This document shows positions 39,570 to 49,242 of a stretch of 64,000 nt of DNA, one piece after another; position 1 is the stretch's first letter, and each line of letters begins with the position of its first letter. The notes below the pieces were generated by a model, which was not told the DNA's origin, searched no databases, and saw nothing but the letters and a program-made list of their open reading frames with translations. The stretch comes from Bdellovibrionales bacterium. GTDB lineage: Bacteria > Bdellovibrionota > Bdellovibrionia > Bdellovibrionales > JAMPXM01. Position numbers and translations under genes: made by a program. The stretch is taken from positions 1 to 64,000 of the forward strand of contig JAYUEN010000530.1 in NCBI GenBank assembly GCA_043739185.1, in the 5' to 3' direction.

Positions 39570-41116
39570 TTTTTGGCCTCTAATATTTTAGGCGGTAAGT
39601 TTTTGTCTAAGACCGTAAGATAATAATTGTCTCGGTTTTTTACGAAATGATCGATGCTGGCACGACTGAAATTTAGAAATGTATTCGGGAAAAGCCCCAT
39701 CCAAAAAATCAAAACGATCATCGGCGCCATTACTATTTTTTCTCGTAAGTTCATATCTAGGAGCGGATGATGCGTGTCTTTAACCAATTCGCCTTCTGCA
39801 CCGAAAAAGACCCGCTTAAACATCCAAAGCATATAGACGGCCCCTAAAACAACGCCGGTAACAGCCAGAGCTGCGATTGTTTTATTTGCAACAAATGTCC
39901 CCAGAAGAATCAAAAACTCACCTACAAAACCATTTGTCATCGGAACCGCAATGCTCGAGAGCGTTACGATGAAGAAGAAAATCGTAAATATGGGTAGGGC
40001 TTTTGCTAGGCCTCCGTATTTTGAAATTTCTCTTGAGTGTGTACGCTCGTAAATCATTCCGACCATGAGGAACAGGGCTCCCGTGCTGATGCCGTGATTG
40101 AGCATTTGATACAGGCTTCCGGCCACGCCATAAGCGTTGAATGCAAATAGCCCTATGATCACATATCCCATATGCGAAACAGACGAGTAGGCAACCAATT
40201 TTTTCATGTCAGGCTGAACCATTGCAACCAGCGCTCCGTAAATGATTCCGACGACTCCGACAAAAAGAAAAAGCCAGGACCAATATTCTGCCGCCTCAGG
40301 AAACAGCGGAATTACAAATCTTAAAAAACCATAGGTCCCCATTTTCAGCATCACTCCCGCCAAGATGACCGAGCCCGGAGTTGGAGCTTCGACGTGAGCA
40401 TCAGGCAGCCAAGTATGAAAGGGAAACATCGGAACTTTGATCGCAAAGGCAATTGAGAATGCAAAAAACAAAAGCGTTTGAGGGTTGAAGAATTGGCCGG
40501 CTAAAAATGGTAAGCGCAATTGATAAAGATCTAAAAGACTTGCCGACATTTGTCCGCCGGGAAGTTCTTTTGAGGCATACATAAGATAGATGATCGCCAG
40601 CAACATGAGAAGTGATCCGGCCATAGTATAAATGAAAAACTTAAGTGTTGCATAGATGCGACGTTCGCCACCCCAAATGCCAATCATAAAATACATCGGC
40701 ACCAACGAGAGCTCAAAAAAAGTATAAAACAAAACCGCATCCATGGCGACGAAAGAACCCAGCATCGCCGTCTGCAAAAGAAAAAGGGCGGCATGAAAGC
40801 CGGCTACTCTTTTTTGAATGCTCTCCATACTTGCGAGAATTGTAATTGGTGTTAAAAAGGTCGTTAGAATAACCAGCCAAAGCGAGAGGCCATCGATGCC
40901 AACAAAATAGTGAATGCCTAGCCGCGGAACCCACGATATTTTTTCGACAAACTGCAGGGCTGGAGTGGCGCGATCAAATGCCGTTAGCAAGCCGCAACTT
41001 AAAATGAATTCAAAGCTTGCGAGCACCAGTGCCACTGGCCGCACCATTTTCACTGGTAAACATAAAACGACGAGCGCAAAAAGTACGGGCAAGAATATAA
41101 GTAAGGATATCAACAT
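39566..41116 (-). CDS. nuoM: NADH-quinone oxidoreductase subunit M
   Basis: GIDGLS, FPFHTWLPDAHVEAPT and KKLVAYSSVSHMG motifs. Confidence 0.97.
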   Translation of the reverse strand: MLISLLIFLPVLFALVVLCLPVKMVRPVALVLASFEFILSCGLLTAFDRATPALQFVEKISWVPRLGIHYFVGIDGLSLWLVILTTFLTPITILASMESIQKRVAGFHAALFLLQTAMLGSFVAMDAVLFYTFFELSLVPMYFMIGIWGGERRIYATLKFFIYTMAGSLLMLLAIIYLMYASKELPGGQMSASLLDLYQLRLPFLAGQFFNPQTLLFFAFSIAFAIKVPMFPFHTWLPDAHVEAPTPGSVILAGVMLKMGTYGFLRFVIPLFPEAAEYWSWLFLFVGVVGIIYGALVAMVQPDMKKLVAYSSVSHMGYVIIGLFAFNAYGVAGSLYQMLNHGISTGALFLMVGMIYERTHSREISKYGGLAKALPIFTIFFFIVTLSSIAVPMTNGFVGEFLILLGTFVANKTIAALAVTGVVLGAVYMLWMFKRVFFGAEGELVKDTHHPLLDMNLREKIVMAPMIVLIFWMGLFPNTFLNFSRASIDHFVKNRDNYYLTVLDKNLPPKILEAKK

Positions 41117-41119
41117 CTC

Positions 41120-43030
41120 TTATGACCTCATGATATAAAATATAAATGCGGCAACCCCAAGACTGATATAAAGCGCATATTGTTGAAGGTTTCCGTTTTG
41201 AAGCGTTCGTAGCGTTGATCCGGTCCCGCGCACAGCATCTCCGGCAATATAAGTAATTTTATCGACGAAGTTGACATCTACATAGGCCCAAAGAGCCCGA
41301 CTCGATTCTACAAGTGGCTTTATAATGGCGGCCTCATAAAGCTCATCAATACGATACTTATCGCGCACCAATTCGTAGAAACTTCCCAGTTTCTTCGAGC
41401 ATTGACTAATTGTATTGGGATAAAACAAATAAAGTCTTTGCGCTAAAAATGCAAAGAGAGCTGCAACTGCCACGCTCAAAACCATGAGTGGAACCTCTGC
41501 TTGAGCATAGTCTCCCCTTAGCGCGGTCACATGAATACTGCCTTCAAACCAATGTTCTAAGAAGTTTGGTAAATGAAAGCTTTCAGGAAACCCAAGCCAT
41601 CCTCCAACCGCCGAAAGTACAGCGAGGACAATGAGTGGTATCGTCATGCTTGGTGGCGACTCATGTGGGTGAACATCGTGTCCAAAGCGACTTTTACCCC
41701 AAAAGGTCAATGCCATGAGGCGAGTCATATAAAATGCCGTACACCCGGCAGCAAGGAGTCCCATGGCATAAAGGCCGAAGCCTCCGTGCCACGAAGCAAA
41801 GGCCTGAAATAAAATTTCATCTTTAGAAAAGAAGCCGGCAAAGGGTGGCAAACCAATAATTGCAAGCCAGCCAATAAAAAATGTCGCATGTGTAATCGGC
41901 ATATATTTTTTCAGGCCGCCCATTTTGCGAATGTCTTGCTCTTCGTGCATTGCGTGTATGACGGATCCCGAACCCAAAAACATAAGCGCTTTAAAAAATG
42001 CATGGGTCATAAGGTGAAACATTGCTGCATTAAAGGCACCCACTCCACAGGCCAAAAACATATAGCCCAGCTGAGAAACCGTAGAGTAAGCCAAGATTTT
42101 TTTAATGTCGTTTTGAACTATTCCTATTGTCGCCGCAAACACGGCAGTAAGTGCTCCGATACACGCAATTACGCAAAGTGCATTTGGAGCCATTAAAAAT
42201 ACCGGGTGCAGTCGAACAATCATATAAACACCGGCCGTTACCATAGTCGCCGCGTGAATCAGCGCAGATACCGGTGTCGGGCCCGCCATTGCATCCGGAA
42301 GCCAAACATAGAGTGGGATTTGCGCTGACTTTCCGCAAGCTCCAATAAATAAAAATAAACAGGCAAGCGTGATTGGGCCTGTCCAACCGACTTCAGCCAC
42401 CTGCGGGGCTCGCGCGATGATCTCTTGAAAATGAACGCTGCCAAAGGTGATAAAGAGCATGAAGATTCCGAGTAAAAAGCCCGCATCACCAATACGATTG
42501 GTAACAAAGGCTTTCATTCCGGCGGCGGCCTTAGCTTCGTCGCTAAACCAAAATCCGATTAGGAGGTAAGAACAAAGACCCACGCCTTCCCAGCCCACAA
42601 ACATAACTAGTAAGTTGTCGCCCAAAACCAAGAGAAGCATATTAAATAAAAACAAATTCAAATAGGCGAAATACTTTGTTGGTCTTTGATCGTGCGACAT
42701 ATAGCCGATGCTAAAAAGATGGATGAGCGATCCGACACCCGTAATAACTAGAATCATAATTGCGCTGATGCGGTCGACGACAAATCCTGCTTCAGCATGC
42801 AATTGACCATAATTAAGCCATTGAAAAAAACTTGCCATCACTCTTGCGCCTTCACCCTGCCCTTCAGCTATTTGATAAACCAGACAAAGTGAGCAAATAA
42901 AGGAGATGACGGAGGCACCGGTTGCCACACATCCTGCAAGCATATAGTTTTTGCTTTTAAAGCGAAGACCATTAAATAAAAATCCCGCAAGCGGCGCGAT
43001 CAATAGAATTGCAAAAAGACTTGTCTGCAT
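41120..43030 (-). CDS. nuoL: NADH-quinone oxidoreductase subunit L
   Basis: GWEGVGLCSYLLIGFW, KSAQIPLYVWLPDAMAGPTPVSALIHAATMV and HAFFKA motifs. Confidence 0.97.
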   Translation of the reverse strand: MQTSLFAILLIAPLAGFLFNGLRFKSKNYMLAGCVATGASVISFICSLCLVYQIAEGQGEGARVMASFFQWLNYGQLHAEAGFVVDRISAIMILVITGVGSLIHLFSIGYMSHDQRPTKYFAYLNLFLFNMLLLVLGDNLLVMFVGWEGVGLCSYLLIGFWFSDEAKAAAGMKAFVTNRIGDAGFLLGIFMLFITFGSVHFQEIIARAPQVAEVGWTGPITLACLFLFIGACGKSAQIPLYVWLPDAMAGPTPVSALIHAATMVTAGVYMIVRLHPVFLMAPNALCVIACIGALTAVFAATIGIVQNDIKKILAYSTVSQLGYMFLACGVGAFNAAMFHLMTHAFFKALMFLGSGSVIHAMHEEQDIRKMGGLKKYMPITHATFFIGWLAIIGLPPFAGFFSKDEILFQAFASWHGGFGLYAMGLLAAGCTAFYMTRLMALTFWGKSRFGHDVHPHESPPSMTIPLIVLAVLSAVGGWLGFPESFHLPNFLEHWFEGSIHVTALRGDYAQAEVPLMVLSVAVAALFAFLAQRLYLFYPNTISQCSKKLGSFYELVRDKYRIDELYEAAIIKPLVESSRALWAYVDVNFVDKITYIAGDAVRGTGSTLRTLQNGNLQQYALYISLGVAAFIFYIMRS

Positions 43031-43038
43031 ATTTGTGC

Positions 43039-43371
43039 CTAGCCCTTAAGATGTTCAAAGAAACGAATATTGACCTGTTTAAATCTCTTAAAAATCATGA
43101 CGGCTAATGCGAGCCCAATCGCCGCTTCCGCTGCGGCAATTGTCATAACGAAAAATACCATGACCTGTCCGTTGTATGTATCCGACTGTAAATAGCGATT
43201 GAACGCTATAAAGCTAATATTAACGGCGTTTAACATGAGCTCGATAGACATCAAAATTACAATCACGTTTTTTCTCAACAGCACACCGAGCATACCAACC
43301 GCAAACATCATGGCTGACAAAAACAAATAGTGATTTAAACCGACCTTTAAAAAAACCTCAGTCATCTGCAT
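43039..43371 (-). CDS. nuoK: NADH-quinone oxidoreductase subunit K
   Basis: LMSIELMLNAVN and AAAEAAIGLA motifs; start 43371 or 43365. Confidence 0.95.
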   Translation of the reverse strand: MQMTEVFLKVGLNHYLFLSAMMFAVGMLGVLLRKNVIVILMSIELMLNAVNISFIAFNRYLQSDTYNGQVMVFFVMTIAAAEAAIGLALAVMIFKRFKQVNIRFFEHLKG

Positions 43372-43891
43372 GAGTTCCTCCGCGGATTCTTGAAAGCGTA
43401 ACCGCTCCAATAGCTATGATAAGCAAAAGCGCACCAATCACTTCAAATGCAAAAATATAATTTCCAAATAAAAGCTGCGAAAGTCCGCGAACCGGGTCTG
43501 AAGTTGCGGCGATCGGGTTGGGCTGATTATTAAAAACCATTTCAGCTGACATATAAACTGAACCCAGTATGAGCCCCAACAAAACCCCAACACTTGCTAG
43601 CTTGAGGGCGCCGCTAATCACTCCGCGCGAAAAAGCTTCAACATCGTGTTTAAGGTCAAACAGCATCAGCACCATGACAAACAAGACCATAACCGCGCCG
43701 GCATATACGATCAGCTGAACGCCGGCCACGAAGACTGCATCGAGAGTCACAAAAATGGCCGATACTGCGATCATTGAAATGGCTAGAAATAGCGCCGAAT
43801 AAATCGGGCTTTGAACCATGATCACACCGCACGCCGAAAAAAACGTAAGGAACGCTAAAAAGTAAAAAATGTAATCAGACAACGCGAGCAT
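43358..43891 (-). CDS. nuoJ: NADH-quinone oxidoreductase subunit J
   Basis: QLIVYAGAVMVLFVMVLML and FE...LLL.IAIGA motifs. Confidence 0.95.
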   Translation of the reverse strand: MLALSDYIFYFLAFLTFFSACGVIMVQSPIYSALFLAISMIAVSAIFVTLDAVFVAGVQLIVYAGAVMVLFVMVLMLFDLKHDVEAFSRGVISGALKLASVGVLLGLILGSVYMSAEMVFNNQPNPIAATSDPVRGLSQLLFGNYIFAFEVIGALLLIIAIGAVTLSRIRGGTHADD

Positions 43892-43915
43892 AGTTCTTCC
43901 TTTGTATCAAAAGCA

Positions 43916-45064
43916 TTAGCCTTGCGAACAGAAAATCCAAACGGCAGTCAAAATCATATTTACCAGCGCCCAGGGGAGCATGGTCTTCCATCCTAAGTCC
44001 ATCAATTGATCATAGCGAAATCGGGGCAACGTCCATCGTACCCAAACAAATACCCACAAAAAGAAAAGTATCTTTAACAATAAAAAGACGTGTGAAACGA
44101 GAGCAAAAAGTAGCGCCGCTGAGTTGCCCGTCAAATGTGGGAGATTCTCGAGAACGAAGTGCGGCACATTGTAGCCACCAAAGTAAAATATGGCGAGCAG
44201 GGCACTTGCTACCAACATATGGCCGTACTCTCCAATATAAAAAAGCAGCATCTTGAATCCGCTATACTCGGTATGAAATCCCGCGACGAGTTCGCCTTCA
44301 GCTTCTGGCAAATCAAAAGGCAGGCGATTGCACTCAGCAAATGTAGCAGAAGCAAACAATAACATTCCGATTGGATTATGAAAAACACCCCAGTCGGCTA
44401 AAAATGGAATTGAAAATTTTTGTCCAAATAAGCCATAAACCAAGGGCGCATCTTGCAGTCGCATCATTTCATTGAAGTTGAGCGTTCCGTAAATAAGTAA
44501 AATTCCGACCAAGGAAAGTCCGAGGGCCAACTCGTAAGAAATCATTTGGGCGCTTGCTCTGAGCGCTCCCATCAATGAGTATTTATTTGCTGAGCCCCAG
44601 CCGGCCATCAAAAGCGAATAGGCCCCAAGTGAAGAGACTCCCAAGACATAAACTATTCCGACATTCACATTAAAGCCCTGAAAGGCAAAATCATAGCCCT
44701 TGCCGTCAGCGCCCGCCCACAGCTGACCCAACAAAGTAAAGGGCTCAATATGAATCATAGGCGAAAGCGGAAGCGAGCAAAGCGCCAATACCCCTGGCAC
44801 CAATGCAACTACGGGTGCGCCGTAAAACAAAAGAGCCACGCCTTGCTTTGGCAAAAATTCTTCTTTAAAAAGAAATTTTACTGCATCCGCCAAAAGCTGC
44901 ATTAAGCCAAGTGGGCCGACACGGTTTGGGCCGAATCTGTTTTGAATGAAGGCCGAGCCTCGGCGCTCAACCCACACCAAAATGGGCACGATTTGGATCA
45001 TCATCAAAAAGATAACAATCATTTTTACTAAATTTACCGTTATTTCAAATTTATCTGCGCCCAC
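43916..45064 (-). CDS. nuoH: NADH-quinone oxidoreductase subunit H
   Basis: GPNRVGP.GL.Q.LAD..K, AQMISYE, RLPFDLPEAE.ELVAG..TEYSG and PRFRYDQL motifs. Confidence 0.97.
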   Translation of the reverse strand: MGADKFEITVNLVKMIVIFLMMIQIVPILVWVERRGSAFIQNRFGPNRVGPLGLMQLLADAVKFLFKEEFLPKQGVALLFYGAPVVALVPGVLALCSLPLSPMIHIEPFTLLGQLWAGADGKGYDFAFQGFNVNVGIVYVLGVSSLGAYSLLMAGWGSANKYSLMGALRASAQMISYELALGLSLVGILLIYGTLNFNEMMRLQDAPLVYGLFGQKFSIPFLADWGVFHNPIGMLLFASATFAECNRLPFDLPEAEGELVAGFHTEYSGFKMLLFYIGEYGHMLVASALLAIFYFGGYNVPHFVLENLPHLTGNSAALLFALVSHVFLLLKILFFLWVFVWVRWTLPRFRYDQLMDLGWKTMLPWALVNMILTAVWIFCSQG

Positions 45065-45090
45065 GCTTTAATGTCCTTCAAATAGATGGC

Positions 45091-45462
45091 TTAGTCCCAA
45101 TCAAGGGCTTTTGATTTAACTTCCCAAAAAAGACCAAAAACAAACAAAAATACAAAAATTCCCATTGCCCCAAGCAAATAAGCGCCCTCGCCTTTTTTGA
45201 CTGCATCTAAAAAAGTAACGGCCCACGGATACATAAAAATAATTTCAATATCGAAAATAATAAATAGAATCGCGGTGAGATAAAATTTCACATTGATTTT
45301 CGAGTCGGCCGCTTCGGTTCCCGGCACGCCACATTCGTATGGCATATCTTTGGCTGGATTTGGGGATTTTTTAGGACCCAAAAAAGAACACAGAAATAGA
45401 ATTCCGGCGCCAAAGCCAATGACGATAAAAAATAAAACTATAATCGGAAGAATACTGCTCAC
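45091..45462 (-). CDS. nuoA: NADH-quinone oxidoreductase subunit A
   Basis: PYECG and FYL.AILFIIFDIE..F.YPWA motifs; GTG 45462 after GGAGG. Confidence 0.95.
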   Translation of the reverse strand: MSSILPIIVLFFIVIGFGAGILFLCSFLGPKKSPNPAKDMPYECGVPGTEAADSKINVKFYLTAILFIIFDIEIIFMYPWAVTFLDAVKKGEGAYLLGAMGIFVFLFVFGLFWEVKSKALDWD

Positions 45463-45635
45463 GCCAGGCCTCCAAAACCAAAAATTCACTAAGCTTTGTC
45501 AACCATCTCAAAAGCTTGAAATGGCTATTCTTATTTGCTCAAGAATGCTATGTCTGCGCGTCTCTATCTTCTAAGGAATATAAGATGATTTCAACAAGCT
45601 ATTTTAAAAACCCCCATTGTCGTCGCGGTGAGTAG

Positions 45636-48600
45636 ATGCTGTCTCTTCCGCTCGATTTGCATTTTGAAAAAATTCTTGAGCGCGAGCTGGCGCGCCTCTC
45701 GGATCGAGAAGTTGAAACTTTAAATATTACCGGCACGAGCTCAAGCTTTGCACTCGCCTTATTATTGGGCCAATCCACTTCGCCCGCCATTTGGGATTCG
45801 CCTCAACTTGTGGTTGTGCCCACTGATCGGGCAGCGGAACGCTTTCAAGAAGAGCTCGCTTTTTTCAATCCGAATATTTCTACACGCCTTCTAAGTTCTT
45901 ATGATGTCTCACCTTATTCTGGACTCTATCCTAGCGGACGAAATGTTGCTCAACGAATGGGCTTTCTTTTTGCGGCTCAATCCTCAGCTTCACAGACGGT
46001 TTTTATTTCTTCCGTAACTGCACTCATGCAGAGAACTCTTCCGCCCAATATCTTGCGCACTAACTTTTTATCTTTGAAGCTTGCTCAGGAACTTCCCAAA
46101 GAGCTTTCAAAAATATTGAATCGGTTGGGCTATCAGTCTTCTCCTGTAGTTGAAGACGTCGGCACCTTTGCCATTCGCGGTGGCATCGTCGATATTTTTT
46201 CTCCGGCTCATGAACATCCGATTCGTTTTGAACTTTTTGGTGACCAGATTGAGTCCATGCGATTTTTTGATCCTGATTCGGGGCGCAGTCTAAGTTCTGA
46301 GTCTATAAAGAGTTGCAGTATCATTCCACCGCGAGAAATTATCTATACCGATGAGCTCAGAATGAATGCCGCCAATCGCTACCGTGTCGATGCCACTAAG
46401 CGTGGAGTAGACCTTGGCGAAAAAGATCAAATTCTTCAGTCTATAATTCAATCGCAAATTTTTCCTGGAATGGATTTTTTGCTTGGGGATTTTTATGAAG
46501 ACTTTCATTCGCCACTTGATCACTTTAAGCTGGCGCCCGCTCTTTGGTTGCTTCAGCCTTCGGATTTAACTCATGCCTCCGACCAACTCATTCACGGCTT
46601 ACGCGAAGAGTTCTCAAAGAGCGAAAAACATGCTTTGCGGCCGACGCCTGAAAGTTTATTTGTTGCTTTTGAAGAGCTTGGTCTTGAAACTTGTCGGCGT
46701 CGAATAGCCTTTCATAATTTGTTTCTGCAAGAAGGCGGCAGCTCAGGCACTGTTCATGAGTGCTCCTGGAGCACACAAGACTTAAGTTATCTTGAAGATC
46801 GTGCCGCCGCCCCCGAAGCTGCTGCTGACTGTGCCCAACGCGTTTCCGTCTGGCGAAATGAAAAGAATCTCGTCTTTATTTGTGCCTCTACTCAAGCGCA
46901 AGCCAAGCGTCTTGAAATTGTCATCGATAAGGCGGGTCTGCAACCGCTGCTCGTAGCTGAAAGTTTTTTCGATTTGAGTTCTTTGGCGGACGCACAAAAT
47001 GAAAATTCAAAATTAGTACATATCATTGAGCGGCCGATCGAACAGAGTCTGCGCTTCAACGATGAAGGCATGATCTTTCTGCGCGACGAAGACTTCTTCG
47101 GCAAAAAGCAACGAAAGCGCGAGCACAAAACCAAGGGCTCTCTCGAGTCTCGCGCCGGAAGCCTTAGCTTTTCAGACCTCAATCTCGGCGATCGCTTGGT
47201 GCACGCGCTTCACGGCATTGGTGTTTATGAAGGGCTCAAAGTCATGCCTATTGCAGGCATTGATGCCGAATTCATACAAATTTCATACAAAGATGGCGAC
47301 AAACTTTATTTGCCGATTTACCGTATCAATCAAATCAACCGTTATGGTGGCCCCGGTGGTGAAGCTCTTTTAGATAAGCTCGGCGGAACCGGCTGGCAGA
47401 AAACCAAATCCAAAGTCAAAAATCACCTGCGCGAAATTGCAAATGATCTGCTCGAGCTCTATGCCAAGCGCGCCCAAATGCACCGACCGCCGTTTCCTGA
47501 AAATGATGCCGACTTCTCGCAATTTGAAGCCGCCTTTCCTTACGATGAAACCGACGATCAGCTCAAGGCGGTTCGAGATTTGGTTTCAGATATGGTCGGT
47601 GATAAACCCATGGATCGCCTGATTTGCGGCGACGTTGGCTTTGGTAAAACCGAAGTCGCTATTCGTGCGGCCTTTAAGGCTATTCAGGCGCAAAAGCAGG
47701 TTGCTGTTTTGGCTCCAACCACGGTTCTTTCGTTTCAACACGTTGAAACCTTTCAAAAGCGATTTAAGAATTGGCCCGTAACAATTCGCGGATTGAATCG
47801 CTTTATTTCTCCCGCTGAAGCCAAAAAAACTCTCAGCGAATTAAAGGCCGGAACGGTCGATATTATTATTGGTACACACCGCTTGCTGAGTAAAGACATC
47901 GCCTTTAAAGATCTCGGGCTCATGATAATAGATGAAGAACATAAGTTTGGCGTCACCCATAAAGAGCGTATTAAAAAAGTGCGCGTCAGTGTTGATACGC
48001 TCACACTTTCTGCAACGCCCATTCCACGAACCCTTAATATGAGCTTGCTCGGAATGAGAGATCTTTCAATCATAAATACTCCACCGATCGATCGGCTACC
48101 TACGCGAACCTTCGTCACAAAGTTTGATGAAGAGACAATTCGCAAAGGCATCGAATCCGAAATCGCTCGCAGCGGCCAAGTCTTTTTTCTGCACAATCGT
48201 GTGCAAAGCATTTATCAGTTGGCCGACGAAATAAAGCAGATGGTCCCTCGTGCGCGCATCCGAGTCGGTCACGGGCAGATGGCCGAACACGAACTTGAAT
48301 CTACGATGCTTGCCTTTTTTAATCACGAAATTGACGTATTGATTTGCACCACGATTATCGAGTCTGGAATTGATAATCCGAGAGCCAATACCATGTTCAT
48401 CGACAACGCCCACCAACTTGGCCTCGCGACTCTTTATCAATTGCGAGGCCGTGTCGGCAGAAGCAAAGAGCGTGCATATTGCTATTTGCTTATTCCTGCA
48501 AATAAACGTCTCGAAAAGGACGCGCAAGAGCGCCTTAAAGTTATTCAAGAAAATACCGCGCTTGGCAGTGGTATCCGTATTGCCCATCACGATCTTGAGC

Positions 48601-49160
48601 TGCGCGGCGCTGGCAACATTTTAGGAGAAAGTCAGTCTGGCCACATCGACTCCGTTGGTTACGAAATGTATATGGAGCTTTTAGACGAGGCGATTCGCAC
48701 CGCAAAAGGAGAAGACGTCGTTGAAAGCCTTGAGCCTGAAATCAATGTGCGAATTCCTGCGCTTATTCCAAATGATTATATTCCCGACATCCGCATACGA
48801 TTAAGTTACTACAAAGAGCTCGCGCAAATTGAGAGCTTGGCTGACGTTGACCGCGTTGAAGATGAGCTCAGAGACCAGTTTGGAAAGCTCCCGGAGCCTG
48901 TCGTAAATTTGATGGGACTCATGTTGATTCGTTCGCAATGTCGCCAGCTCGGCGTTCGCGATATCAGTTCTGGACCAAAGACAATTTCACTTTCTTTTAC
49001 GGATCGAACGCCTTTGCCTGCGACCAAAGTCGTTGAGTTGACTTCGCGAGACAATAAAAAGTTCTCGATCACGCCCGATATGCGCCTCATCATCCGCATG
49101 AACACGATTTCCTGGCCAAACATTCACGAAGAGCTCAACTTGCTTTTGAAGCTTATTTAA
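45636..49160 (+). CDS. mfd: transcription-repair coupling factor
   Basis: UvrB-homology region, CarD/RID, GDVGFGKT, DEEH, QLRGRVGRS and TRCF C-terminus. Confidence 0.98.
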   Translation: MLSLPLDLHFEKILERELARLSDREVETLNITGTSSSFALALLLGQSTSPAIWDSPQLVVVPTDRAAERFQEELAFFNPNISTRLLSSYDVSPYSGLYPSGRNVAQRMGFLFAAQSSASQTVFISSVTALMQRTLPPNILRTNFLSLKLAQELPKELSKILNRLGYQSSPVVEDVGTFAIRGGIVDIFSPAHEHPIRFELFGDQIESMRFFDPDSGRSLSSESIKSCSIIPPREIIYTDELRMNAANRYRVDATKRGVDLGEKDQILQSIIQSQIFPGMDFLLGDFYEDFHSPLDHFKLAPALWLLQPSDLTHASDQLIHGLREEFSKSEKHALRPTPESLFVAFEELGLETCRRRIAFHNLFLQEGGSSGTVHECSWSTQDLSYLEDRAAAPEAAADCAQRVSVWRNEKNLVFICASTQAQAKRLEIVIDKAGLQPLLVAESFFDLSSLADAQNENSKLVHIIERPIEQSLRFNDEGMIFLRDEDFFGKKQRKREHKTKGSLESRAGSLSFSDLNLGDRLVHALHGIGVYEGLKVMPIAGIDAEFIQISYKDGDKLYLPIYRINQINRYGGPGGEALLDKLGGTGWQKTKSKVKNHLREIANDLLELYAKRAQMHRPPFPENDADFSQFEAAFPYDETDDQLKAVRDLVSDMVGDKPMDRLICGDVGFGKTEVAIRAAFKAIQAQKQVAVLAPTTVLSFQHVETFQKRFKNWPVTIRGLNRFISPAEAKKTLSELKAGTVDIIIGTHRLLSKDIAFKDLGLMIIDEEHKFGVTHKERIKKVRVSVDTLTLSATPIPRTLNMSLLGMRDLSIINTPPIDRLPTRTFVTKFDEETIRKGIESEIARSGQVFFLHNRVQSIYQLADEIKQMVPRARIRVGHGQMAEHELESTMLAFFNHEIDVLICTTIIESGIDNPRANTMFIDNAHQLGLATLYQLRGRVGRSKERAYCYLLIPANKRLEKDAQERLKVIQENTALGSGIRIAHHDLELRGAGNILGESQSGHIDSVGYEMYMELLDEAIRTAKGEDVVESLEPEINVRIPALIPNDYIPDIRIRLSYYKELAQIESLADVDRVEDELRDQFGKLPEPVVNLMGLMLIRSQCRQLGVRDISSGPKTISLSFTDRTPLPATKVVELTSRDNKKFSITPDMRLIIRMNTISWPNIHEELNLLLKLI

Positions 49161-49242
49161 ATTTATTTTTTGGTACCCAGACTATCATCCAATTTTTGCT
49201 TTTGGAGGCCTCTTCCCCTGGGCAAACTGCTAAAATAAAGCG

